Shown piece after piece: positions 10,004 to 20,500 of a DNA stretch of 64,000 nt (its first letter is position 1; the number at the start of each line of letters is the position of its first letter). The notes under the pieces were generated by a model. It ran no database searches. It saw only the letters and a program-made list of their open reading frames with translations, and was not told the DNA's origin. Source of the stretch: a virus (lineage: Duplodnaviria > Caudoviricetes). A program made the position numbers and the translations under genes. The stretch is from positions 1-64,000 of the IMG/VR virus record IMGVR_UViG_3300008624_000005; one strand, 5' to 3'.

Positions 10004-12100
10004 TTAAATTCTATTAAAACCGTCATGGCCTTCAGCAGTTGATGCATTATCCTTAGTCACTGTTGGGTTAGCTCCTTGCTCAGGATAAAAATATCCTACA
10101 GTATCGGCCCATCTGCTACCCATTCGCATTGTACCAGTACCATGAACTGTAGCATGGACCGATGCATTATCATACATCATTCTATAAAAAATACATGGTT
10201 TGTTTGATTGGGTATGATCTTTAACAAATCTCCAATCAAAATGAATATATGGATCGCCACTAATGCTTTCATTATTAGGAAAAGGATTATTATCACCGTA
10301 TAACCCTGCATTTCCGTCGTATTGACATGCTCGATACCATTTACTACATGCTATGTCTAAATTAGTTAACGGCCCATCGCCGTTAGTAGGATCAGGATCA
10401 TATTCTGTTCCATTAATTTTTCGCATCTTTCGATAAAGCTCGACCGTTGTAGCGTCTGTTATAGTTTCTATTTCGCCTAACCAAGGACCTATATGTAATA
10501 TATCATTTTGGGCCATATTCGCGGACGAACTTACTGTTATTGTTGTTCCGTTCGATGTAGCACCTCCGCTGGCAGTAAAATATGCATTGGATTTATCTCC
10601 TAATCCATGCACCCTAGGACAATCTCCAGTAACTGTCCATCCATTACCAGATCCTCCATTACGAAAAGTAATTTGACCAGTACTTATAAGTGCGGCATTT
10701 TCATGATAAGGATTAAATTGGCCGATAAAAACCTTTGCGGCGGCCGGACCTGGATTATTTGCTTTTGCTAAATTTTGCCACATCCAACTACCATAACTTC
10801 CAGATCCAGTATAATCTGGATGAAATGCACAACAACCTCCTTGATTAAACCAGTATCGCATATGGTTCCAATCTAAAAATGTCATTCGAGCTTCTAGAAA
10901 TGGTCTATCATTTCCATATTCAGTTCCTCCACTATCACTCCACGGTATATTATGGCTACCGCCAGACCAAACGCCAGCGGAATCCCAATTATCTGAACCC
11001 CAATTATTGCTAAACGATCCACTTGCTTGATCTATATTTTCACTATATACATCAGTGTCTTTATTGTTCACTGAATAAGGAGCATAAATTCCGTCTACAT
11101 GTAATTTATGAAAATTATAACCACCTAATGAAGATGTATTAGGAGGTGTTGAACCGGCTCCTCCTATCCGTTCTATTTCATCCGACATTGCATTTACATG
11201 ATCGTCCCGGACTCGGCCCATATCTTCTAATATATCTGTTGTCGGAGAACCGTCAGACTTTCTCATTGCTCCATGTTCTGTAGCAAGATCAAGTGTTTTT
11301 TTACTGTTCCCTGTAGCAAAAGTAGATTGCCCTGTACGTTTTATTGCGGCATTTATTCTTTGTTGTATTGCTACATATTGATCTCTAGCAATAGTAGTTG
11401 TTCGTTCGTAATTACCTGTATCACCTGTTCCTGCAACAAAATCTATAACAAAATTAATATGTCCTTCTGATCCTGCCCATACTTGGTAAGAACTAGAATC
11501 ATGGGGAACTGTCATTGCTTCATTATCATATAAGTCTAATGTATCGGCGTCAATAACTTTTGCATAAAAATATTGTTCATTTAATTGATACATACTAGTC
11601 GAAGGGACACGTACTATTTGTATATAATTAGGAGCAGATAAAGTACTACCTTCGTGTGCTTCATCTAATAAGCCATGACCTACACATGTAACTCTGCATG
11701 GATTTGCTTTAGAAGCATTAGTTATATTAGGTAATACTGTAAATTTTCCATATCCATAAGCATCTCTTGGATCAGAAGTAGATACCGGAATTGACCCAAC
11801 TCCTCCAGCAGAAACATGAGAATAGGGATTTCCAGACATATCACCCATACCTGCAGATGATGTTCCGGAACCAGATGTGCCTGCATCATAACTAGCTGAT
11901 TGATTCCAACCACAACTCCGTTCGTATTCATTTTTGTCGTCCCAATCCGTACAAATAGGACCCGGACCCCAAAACCTAATCCACAAATCTCTTTCTAGTT
12001 TTCTTATCCATTGTGCTTCGATAGTATCAGCTGGTTCAGATCCACCTGATCCGCCAACAATACCTACATTGTAACCGGTCCTATCTTGATATTCGGCCAT
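10004..12100 (-). CDS. Virion structural/tail protein with FCCH-like beta domain
   Basis: ITNASKANPCRVTCVGHGL...MYQLN...VIDADTLDLY resembles the E1 FCCH-like domain found in phage tail proteins; Gly/Ser/Asn-rich; MRYWFNQGG. Confidence 0.65.
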   Translation of the reverse strand: MAEYQDRTGYNVGIVGGSGGSEPADTIEAQWIRKLERDLWIRFWGPGPICTDWDDKNEYERSCGWNQSASYDAGTSGSGTSSAGMGDMSGNPYSHVSAGGVGSIPVSTSDPRDAYGYGKFTVLPNITNASKANPCRVTCVGHGLLDEAHEGSTLSAPNYIQIVRVPSTSMYQLNEQYFYAKVIDADTLDLYDNEAMTVPHDSSSYQVWAGSEGHINFVIDFVAGTGDTGNYERTTTIARDQYVAIQQRINAAIKRTGQSTFATGNSKKTLDLATEHGAMRKSDGSPTTDILEDMGRVRDDHVNAMSDEIERIGGAGSTPPNTSSLGGYNFHKLHVDGIYAPYSVNNKDTDVYSENIDQASGSFSNNWGSDNWDSAGVWSGGSHNIPWSDSGGTEYGNDRPFLEARMTFLDWNHMRYWFNQGGCCAFHPDYTGSGSYGSWMWQNLAKANNPGPAAAKVFIGQFNPYHENAALISTGQITFRNGGSGNGWTVTGDCPRVHGLGDKSNAYFTASGGATSNGTTITVSSSANMAQNDILHIGPWLGEIETITDATTVELYRKMRKINGTEYDPDPTNGDGPLTNLDIACSKWYRACQYDGNAGLYGDNNPFPNNESISGDPYIHFDWRFVKDHTQSNKPCIFYRMMYDNASVHATVHGTGTMRMGSRWADTVGYFYPEQGANPTVTKDNASTAEGHDGFNRI

Positions 12101-12112
12101 CTAGTTTCCTAA

Positions 12113-15100
12113 TTAGTTTCTAGTAACGGCGATTTCTATTGTGCCTTCTCCGTCAGAGTCGTGTGCCTCGATCGCTCTACCTATTATAGCAAATACTGAA
12201 TCATTTGTCAAGTCTGCTTTTCTAGCTCTGCCCGGTGTTGAGGATGACACTAATCTATCACCTTTACTTATTTTTCCAACAACCTTACATGGACACCGCC
12301 CGGTCATTGCTATTAATGGATGCGTTTCGTTTGTACCTGCTCTTCCATTCATTATAAAGGCAGGTTCTGTTGATACTACTCCAAATACATCTTCATCATT
12401 TTCTGAGGTAGTTGCCGTTACTTCAGCAGTACCAGCCATAGCAACTACTGTACCTGGTTCTAAATTATCATCTGCTTCATAACGTTCTGCTAAGTCAGCG
12501 GTATATGTTGCTTGGAAAGTTGACCCAGCAGTTAAGGACCAATCGCCATCTATTAATCCAGTTGATGCATTAGATCCGGCACTAATATTTCTTACATAAA
12601 GTGTACGCCAACGTTTATCGGTAGCACCAGTTGCTGTTAATCCAGCATGATGTTGAGAAATACTTGTTTCAGCATTTGTTGCACCTAAATCCCAACCTTG
12701 ACCATCAAGTGCCGCACTGACATCATCACTATCTGTTGCTGGCATTACATGAGAACCGATAAATGAATTAAAAAATACATGTCTGTCCCATAAATCAGTT
12801 GTACCAGGGTCAACTAAAGTTCCATCACCTAAGTGTATATGACCATTTAATCTTGTATCTTTTGCATCTACTTCAAATCTAGTTAACCAATCAGCCATTG
12901 TTCCAACAGTTCCAGCTGGTGTAGCCGATGTTCTACCTATATTATCAGGGGCTTCAATAACCACCATATCTGTTGCTTGAAGATGAACTTCGTTTCCGTC
13001 ATCGGCTTTAGTTTCAATTTCTATATTACCTGCGGCCGACCCATCCCACAATGTTCGCTGTCCGTATGGAAAAAGAGTTGAACCTGAGGCTGTATTACTC
13101 CCTTTGGCTTCTATATAAACTTTACTCTCTTGAACCCCAGCAGTATGATTACCATCTGTTTCGGCCTTAACGTGAATTCTACCTATAGAATCGCCTTTAG
13201 CAAGTGTTTCGACAACAACTTCTGCTGGTGCTGAATCGCCTTGTGATTCAGCACAGATATAAACTCTACCTGTTCCGCCTGCATCATCAGGTCCGCCTAA
13301 TGCATATACAGAAGTTTCTGCTTTGCCTTTATGAGTTGCTATTGCCCCAAGATTAGTTTTTGCTTTTGCATCTGTGCCTGACGAATGAGTTGCTCTATTT
13401 AAAATAGTTAAGCATTCTTCAATATTCCAATGATTTTCAACTCTTATATTTTTAATAAATCCATCAACATAATGTAAATTATGAGTACCAATTGTCATAC
13501 CTGATCCGTCAAATGGTTTTGTCTTGTCAAATGCTCCATCATTATGACCATCCATTATAGGATATAATCCTACAAATTTTTGAGAACTATCATCCACATG
13601 CGGTCCGTCTATCATTGGACTAGGAGTTGAAACTGCCTGGGATGGATCCGAACACAATACACCATTAAACTTAGTTGAATTTACTTCTTTAAAAGGTTTA
13701 GGAGTTCTATAATTATTACCTGCTTGAGAAGCCGATGCACCACTTACAGTACCTGAAGAATATTGTACTGCAATTACAGCATTTTGTCCTAAACTGGCAT
13801 TTGCAGTAGTTGAATCTCTTGCCTCGCCTACTATACCTACAGGGCCTTGTTCTGAGTAATGTTTTCCTTTAGTCATTACTTCAACACCTGCTATAGTACC
13901 ATCTGCTCCTACTGTAGGTATTACAAATGCTCCTGTTCCATAATCGGTATCTGTATCATGCACATGGATTCTTGGTCTATTCCATCCTATTGCTCTACCT
14001 TCTCGTAATGCACACACCTGGCCTTCGCCATTATCAACAAACCATATCGGATCTTCTAGAAAACTGTTTGTTATATCTACTCCTGCCCAAGTTGCAGATG
14101 TAATATCTGGACTTGTTGCATCTAAATCTATTGCGGTAGCTCCCTGTGTATTCCATCTAGCACCAGGTCCTCCCGATCCTCTCATAAATGTTCCTGGTGA
14201 ATCAGTTTGGGTAGTTACTGCTCCATCTCTAATAACAAATAAATTGTCACCACTAGAACCACTTACCTTAGTAGATGATGCTCCTCCTTCACCGATGCTA
14301 ACTCCTGCATTCACTAATGAATCTGACCCATCACATGGATATGCATCTCTATAAAAATGAAACTCACCTCTAACAATTCTTTCGTCACTATCAACTAAAA
14401 TAAGATCTTTACCTGGATAACCACCAGCATCATTATATTCAGTATCGGCATCTGCTAATGTATTTGGGTACGCCGCGGCCGCACTATCTTGAGGCCATCC
14501 GTTGTATCTTGCAATAAATCCTCCAACATCTCTATCAGTAGGTACTGCTTCGTGTCCTTGACTATCACTTATTATATCACATTTAACACCTGCTTGAGCA
14601 GTATACATCAATGCATCTAAACTTGCTAACTTAAATCCGGAAATTGTATCTTGATTTAAGGATCCATCTTCTGGATCATCGCCTGCGGCTTCTTCATTAT
14701 CTAAATCACCTTCAGTTTTACCAGTAAATGTACCTAACTTAAAAAAGTCTTCTTGTTTATTAATAGGTCCCCCACCTGTTGGTGTTGTACCGGATAATGC
14801 AAAATCTGAATCATCCCATAATAGTGTAGAAAATGGTACTTGATTATTTGCAAGCAATCCTCTATCTATATATAAACCCGAAATACCTGTTAATGGCGCC
14901 GATCCTGCGTTAGATGAAGCCAAATCTGTTTGACTTTTATTAAGTTCTATTAAATTATCTTCAATAGTTAAATTGTTTACTTCTATATTATTAATATTAC
15001 CACCGGTATATAAAGATCCTGTTACAGACACACTACCATTAACATGTAAATTTTTGCCTATGTGGGCTCCGCCATCTACTCTTAATCCACCATCGGCTGT

Positions 15101-16912
15101 TACTGCTCCGGATGAAGTACCTAATGTTTGTTCTCGTTCATATGCAACATTAACATATCCTACTCGTCTTCGTTGTTGGGCATCAACTGCATCTGTCATT
15201 GCTAATGTCCATGCACCTGCTGATCCACCATATGTATAACTAGACCATGCAGTTTTATCGTTATCATGAACCGTTGCAGTATCTGAGGCTAATCCTTCGT
15301 CTGTACCATATCCATCTCTTGTTGTTAACCCTGCAATACCTGGATCGTTTCTGTGCCAATCAGTAAGATCACTAATAGCTCCTGATTCAAAACTAGATAT
15401 ATTTCCACCATGTATTTTATCACCACTAATAGCATTACTATCTAATAATAATCTATCATCTCCTAATACAGCCATTAATACAGCATCGCCATTTCCTGCA
15501 CCTGCTGTACCTGTAAATGTTATTCCTCCATTTGTAGTAGAAGGAGCATATGTATAACCATCACCTTGATTAGCTATTGTAACGGCAGTAATTACACCAG
15601 CATCTGTTGTAATGGAAGCGGTTGCTGTGGTGCCTGCTTCTCCAGTAGGAGCCTGAATAATTATAGTACCATTAGTATAACCTGTACCAGCATTTAATAT
15701 GCTAATTGCTGTAATTTTTCTACCAAATCCTGCTTGAAGATTACTAAAATCTGCAAAATCAGTTGCATTTCTTCCTATACGAATATTACCTGATAAAGCA
15801 GGTTTAATAGGAGGTGTAAAATATCCATTACCGCCTGCTTTTCCATTTGTATCATTACCTATTGTAACAGATATAATTTTATCTTCAAATTCTGTTCCTG
15901 CTGTTCCTAATACAGCAGTAAGGGCTGGTGCTGTTCCTGAAGGTCCTTGTCCTGCGGGTATTTGATCAAAAGCACTTGCACCATTTGTATTCCATGTACT
16001 AACGGTAGATGCAGTATAACCACTACCTTGATTGGTTATAACAATTGATTCAATTGACTGCAATGACTTATTAATAACAGGATAACCTTCCGCCATAGTA
16101 CCGCCTGCTCCTGGAGCAGGAAATTTAACTTGATATTCTCTTCCTTCGGTAGATCCTGTTTGAAGATCTGGATCATACGCACCAGATAATGTTAATCCTG
16201 CATTTACAAACGGAAATGATGTATGTAATGCAGACCCATCAGGATGAGATTCAACATCATATGTTACAGAAGATCCACCACTTTGAATCTGTAAAGGTGT
16301 GCCATCTAATTTTCCTAAAGGTGACCATTCTTTTTCACCGGTAGAATATATACCAATAACCTTACTATCAACAACAAATTTAATACATGCATGAGATACA
16401 GGAGGTGTAGTTGTTTGTCCTGCGGCAGAATCATCATAAACATTTTGAAAAAGCAATGTTGCATCTGCGGCAACAGGTACACTAAGTTGACCCCATTGTA
16501 AAACACCTGTTTCGTCGTTTTTATATCGAATGTTTAATATACCTTTATCAGCCGCACTATCAAACCAAAAATCACCTTCTCGAGGTGTATATCCACTTGC
16601 ATCATCAACAGGATCTGTTGGCCTAATATCCAATGTAGCCATTGACTTCCATTTGGTTTTGTTGTTAGCATCTTGGTCTAACATGTATATGTGACCATCC
16701 GATGGTTTATACCAAAGTTGGCCAACAATAGGATTAGTAGGTGCAATATCTCTAGAAAAATTTTCTACTATATGAACAAAATTTTCTGCAATAAGTTGTC
16801 CATAATTTTTATAGTTTTGCCCTACTAATTTTAAAGGGGTCTGGGTGTTAACTGTACCTTCTAGTACACTTGCTATTGAAGCACCCTTGTAATTTTTTAC
16901 ATCATATGGCAT
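12113..16912 (-). CDS. Tail fibre/spike protein with C-terminal peptidase G2-like intramolecular chaperone
   Basis: N-terminal LVGQNYKNYGQLIAENF..PTNPIVGQLWY; repeated I.I.N.G.GY motifs; C-terminal ADLAERYEAD...GTVV...GVVST.PA...GRCPCKV...GD.LV. Confidence 0.8.
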   Translation of the reverse strand: MPYDVKNYKGASIASVLEGTVNTQTPLKLVGQNYKNYGQLIAENFVHIVENFSRDIAPTNPIVGQLWYKPSDGHIYMLDQDANNKTKWKSMATLDIRPTDPVDDASGYTPREGDFWFDSAADKGILNIRYKNDETGVLQWGQLSVPVAADATLLFQNVYDDSAAGQTTTPPVSHACIKFVVDSKVIGIYSTGEKEWSPLGKLDGTPLQIQSGGSSVTYDVESHPDGSALHTSFPFVNAGLTLSGAYDPDLQTGSTEGREYQVKFPAPGAGGTMAEGYPVINKSLQSIESIVITNQGSGYTASTVSTWNTNGASAFDQIPAGQGPSGTAPALTAVLGTAGTEFEDKIISVTIGNDTNGKAGGNGYFTPPIKPALSGNIRIGRNATDFADFSNLQAGFGRKITAISILNAGTGYTNGTIIIQAPTGEAGTTATASITTDAGVITAVTIANQGDGYTYAPSTTNGGITFTGTAGAGNGDAVLMAVLGDDRLLLDSNAISGDKIHGGNISSFESGAISDLTDWHRNDPGIAGLTTRDGYGTDEGLASDTATVHDNDKTAWSSYTYGGSAGAWTLAMTDAVDAQQRRRVGYVNVAYEREQTLGTSSGAVTADGGLRVDGGAHIGKNLHVNGSVSVTGSLYTGGNINNIEVNNLTIEDNLIELNKSQTDLASSNAGSAPLTGISGLYIDRGLLANNQVPFSTLLWDDSDFALSGTTPTGGGPINKQEDFFKLGTFTGKTEGDLDNEEAAGDDPEDGSLNQDTISGFKLASLDALMYTAQAGVKCDIISDSQGHEAVPTDRDVGGFIARYNGWPQDSAAAAYPNTLADADTEYNDAGGYPGKDLILVDSDERIVRGEFHFYRDAYPCDGSDSLVNAGVSIGEGGASSTKVSGSSGDNLFVIRDGAVTTQTDSPGTFMRGSGGPGARWNTQGATAIDLDATSPDITSATWAGVDITNSFLEDPIWFVDNGEGQVCALREGRAIGWNRPRIHVHDTDTDYGTGAFVIPTVGADGTIAGVEVMTKGKHYSEQGPVGIVGEARDSTTANASLGQNAVIAVQYSSGTVSGASASQAGNNYRTPKPFKEVNSTKFNGVLCSDPSQAVSTPSPMIDGPHVDDSSQKFVGLYPIMDGHNDGAFDKTKPFDGSGMTIGTHNLHYVDGFIKNIRVENHWNIEECLTILNRATHSSGTDAKAKTNLGAIATHKGKAETSVYALGGPDDAGGTGRVYICAESQGDSAPAEVVVETLAKGDSIGRIHVKAETDGNHTAGVQESKVYIEAKGSNTASGSTLFPYGQRTLWDGSAAGNIEIETKADDGNEVHLQATDMVVIEAPDNIGRTSATPAGTVGTMADWLTRFEVDAKDTRLNGHIHLGDGTLVDPGTTDLWDRHVFFNSFIGSHVMPATDSDDVSAALDGQGWDLGATNAETSISQHHAGLTATGATDKRWRTLYVRNISAGSNASTGLIDGDWSLTAGSTFQATYTADLAERYEADDNLEPGTVVAMAGTAEVTATTSENDEDVFGVVSTEPAFIMNGRAGTNETHPLIAMTGRCPCKVVGKISKGDRLVSSSTPGRARKADLTNDSVFAIIGRAIEAHDSDGEGTIEIAVTRN

Positions 16913-16924
16913 TGTTTCTACCTT

Positions 16925-17554
16925 TTAACTTGCTGTATAGTTAGTTCTCACTTTAATTGTGTATAGAACTTGAATCTTTCTGTTTGCACTTTTTTGGACT
17001 GGATGAAATACTACATGGCTTAATAATAATCCTTGATTTCTTCCATCGGCTGATTTTGCTTTTAAACCTAATTCATCAAATACAAAATTTCCATCAATAG
17101 TAGCATCGTCTGCTTTTTGATCTGCACTTGCTAAATTAAAATTTGTATCGCTTGCTACCGGTTCATCATAATTTAAAGTGCATGTTATTATAATATCTGT
17201 ATATGCATTTCCATCTGTATATGCAATATCCATTTTATTTTCTGTTGTGTCTGTATTATCAGCATCTAAAACATCTACATTTTTAAAGAACCTATCATTA
17301 TATAAATCATCATTTGCTAAAGTAACTTTGGGTTCTCTATATGTAATATTACCTTGAGCATCTATAATTGTACCGTCATTTCCGAAATGCATTTCATATA
17401 AAGAAAAATGATCTTTATTGCTTAGTGTAGTTGCAATACATCTGCTCATATTTTCTGCATGTATTTTATTTGCTTTATCGACAAGGATCTCACCTGTATC
17501 TACATCAAATATTTTAACGTGTCCTTGCATATCTATATTAAGATTACTTTTCAT
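16925..17554 (-). CDS. Baseplate/tail-collar-associated protein
   Basis: GHVKIFD, MHFGNDG, FDELGL, HVVFHPVQKSANRKIQVLYTI pattern of baseplate/fibre-attachment proteins; position between wedge and fibre genes. Confidence 0.65.
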   Translation of the reverse strand: MKSNLNIDMQGHVKIFDVDTGEILVDKANKIHAENMSRCIATTLSNKDHFSLYEMHFGNDGTIIDAQGNITYREPKVTLANDDLYNDRFFKNVDVLDADNTDTTENKMDIAYTDGNAYTDIIITCTLNYDEPVASDTNFNLASADQKADDATIDGNFVFDELGLKAKSADGRNQGLLLSHVVFHPVQKSANRKIQVLYTIKVRTNYTAS

Positions 17555-17573
17555 TTATAATACCCTATATTAA

Positions 17574-17581
17574 TATTTATA
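17574..17581 (-). promoter_or_regulatory. T4-type late promoter TATAAATA
   Basis: Exact TATAAATA on minus strand, 20 nt upstream of the ATG at 17554, overlapping the previous stop codon. Confidence 0.55.
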
Positions 17582-20500
17582 TGGTTCCTTTTCCTACATT
17601 TATAAGAGCCGCTTGTGTATTCGTGCTATTTTGTATTGTAGTAGTTCCATCATCATTAAATGCGTTATATGCTTCAGGATCAGGATCTACAGGAAGTGCT
17701 ACTGTAGGCCCTGCTGATGTTACTGTTGCACCTGATGTATGGGTTGCCGCCGCTGTTCCGGCTACACCCCTAGTACAACCTTGAAGAACTCCGGTATTTG
17801 TTGTTTCATATCGTATTCTTTCAGCCCCAATAACGACTTCTCCTGGTGCTGTAGGGAGTGGTGTTATTGATGTTACGGATATTTCTGTTTCCTTTGAATC
17901 AAGATCTTCTGTTGCTGTTGTTTTATTTGCATCTATAATTGTTTCATAAATTCGTGTACCTGTGTTATCAATAAACATTCTAAATGCTCTAGAATCAGCA
18001 GTTTCTGTACTACCTGATGTATTAGTTTGTACTCTTATATCGACAACTTCATCTGCCGAAGCATTAATTTCTTCTTCGAATGTTCTAGAATCAAAAACTG
18101 TTTCGATTTTAGAATGATACGGTTTAACTTCATTAAGATATGCTAAAATATCTTCTTCACTACCTACATCAAATGTTTTCGGAGTAAGAGCTCCTGGTGT
18201 TTTTCGTTGTAATTGTAAAAATGTAGTCTTAGCCACCCAATCTAAATTGGTTTGTTCTGCATATATAAAATGTATAATTGTAAAGAATAATTCTTTATAG
18301 TATTGTTTATATGTATCAATAAATATATCTTCATGTAAACCTTTTAAGATTGCTTGTAATTCATTTGTATAATTTTTATCCCAACCACCTATATCATATT
18401 CTGCGGCATCCCATCCTGCATCTACATCTTGAACATCATACAATAAACTTGATAATTCGATAGTTCCGTTTTGTTTACCAATTTTAAACCAACTATCATC
18501 TACCCATTGATAGAATGCCCAGTTACCATCTGCATCGTCACTATCAACCCTTACTACAGAATAAACATCTTCATTTACATCATATAATTCATTTCTTGCA
18601 CCTACTGTATATTGTGCAACCGACGATGAACTAATAGTAAAGTCTGGATGAAACCAATCAACATATTTCCAATAATCTTGAGGAGCAAAAGTTGAATTAC
18701 CTTTAGCAAAACTTTGTCCTAAATGTTTCTTCCAATTTAAATATGAATCACTTAAATTTATTTTTAATAAATTTTTATTTGCATTTTGTATCAATGCTCT
18801 TATTGCCTCTACCCTACTTTTAATCCAACTTTGTTTATAAGGCCGAATTTGCCCTCCATACCTAAATATATTATGTAATCGTAAATTAGGTACCATATTA
18901 GGTGAATCTACAGATATATTTCTATCATCGATCCAATTATAAGTTAATAATTCCTGCCATCGTTGCCTATTAAAATTACCTAATTCTTTAAACGTAGCAT
19001 ATTGATCATGAGCTACTGCGGTGGTAGATTGAGCGGCTCTGCTTACTATAATTCTATCACCTACTGCCGGATTAGTAAATTCCATACTATCAATATGCAT
19101 TACAAAACCGTTAGAATCAGGTACTTCTATTTCTAACCACATTGCATGATAATCGTCTGTGCTAGAAACAAATTCTCCTTGAACACTATAAACCAATGTT
19201 GTTCCGAGACTTGTTTCTTCGGATGACGTTTGAGGTGTTAAAGTAACAGCCGTCATTGCATCAAAATCTACATCAGTTGCCGAATGTCCATATTTTAATT
19301 TTACAGAATCTAAGGAAGTATTTGTTTTAAACAATGCTTTGCCTTGGTATTGTATATTTTGTAATATTGTACCTCCGGCTAAATTTGCATTTTTTAAACC
19401 TTTTTGTCCAACATAATGAGTTGCATTTTGACTTTCCCCTGTATATACACCACTTGCAAGTCCATATACAACGGCATTCGAATTAACAGTTGCTATTGTA
19501 AAAGTACCATCTGTTCCGCCTGTGACCGATACAACATCACCTACTGCATAACCACCACCACCTGTTTGTACTGTAGCAGATTGAATTACTCCATTTATTT
19601 GTGTTATGTCGAGAGTTAATCCTGTACCCGAACCGCCAGTTGTTGCGGCAATACCAGATGAATACCCAGTTCCACCTCCATAAATTGCAACGGTAGCAAC
19701 TTTACCTGTAGGATCTATTGTACCTAATTTTGTACTCCAAAATGCAGTAGTTTTTTGTTCAAAGTCTCCATTTGTTAACATATTAACATCTGCATTGAAC
19801 CTTCGTGTAGCAAATCTATCATAATATTTTAATTCTACAATTTCTTCGTTTGATTCGCCTTCGTCTATAACTGCATAAGAATTTTCGTATCCAGATCCTT
19901 TTCTAGTGGAATCCATGGCAATAGCAGTAATTTCACCATTTACAATTGTTATATCTGAATCTATTACAGTTGCTTGAATCCCGCCTTCTGAAGTCGGGGC
20001 ACTTATAGTAACAGTAGGAGGAGTTGCTGAATTATATCCTTGTCCAGGACGATTCATAACAATACTATCAACTTTACCACTTACTATATTTGCATATGCA
20101 TATGCTACTACATTTTCATATGGTAAACCATATGTATTTGATTCTGCTGGAGGATTACCTATTTCAACAGAAGCAGGAAAAGTTAATTCGCCTGCTTTTT
20201 CTCCTATTCTAAGTTGAATAGTAGTAGTTTGGTTATCAATGGATAATTTAGTATTTGTTTTAACTAAGGGCAACTCTTTATGTGTTTTATACAATTTAGC
20301 ACTACTTTTAACAACATCATTTGCCATATATTCTAATTTTTGATTCCAATCATAATTATATTTTTTAGCAGAATATGTTGTTGAAGCACCATGTACAGTA
20401 TATTCATTAATATCATCACCTGCCCAACCACAAAGAAACATTTGAAGTCCATTATTACTAAAGCAAAAGCCTCTTGCTTTAGTTTCTTGATCTGTTACCT

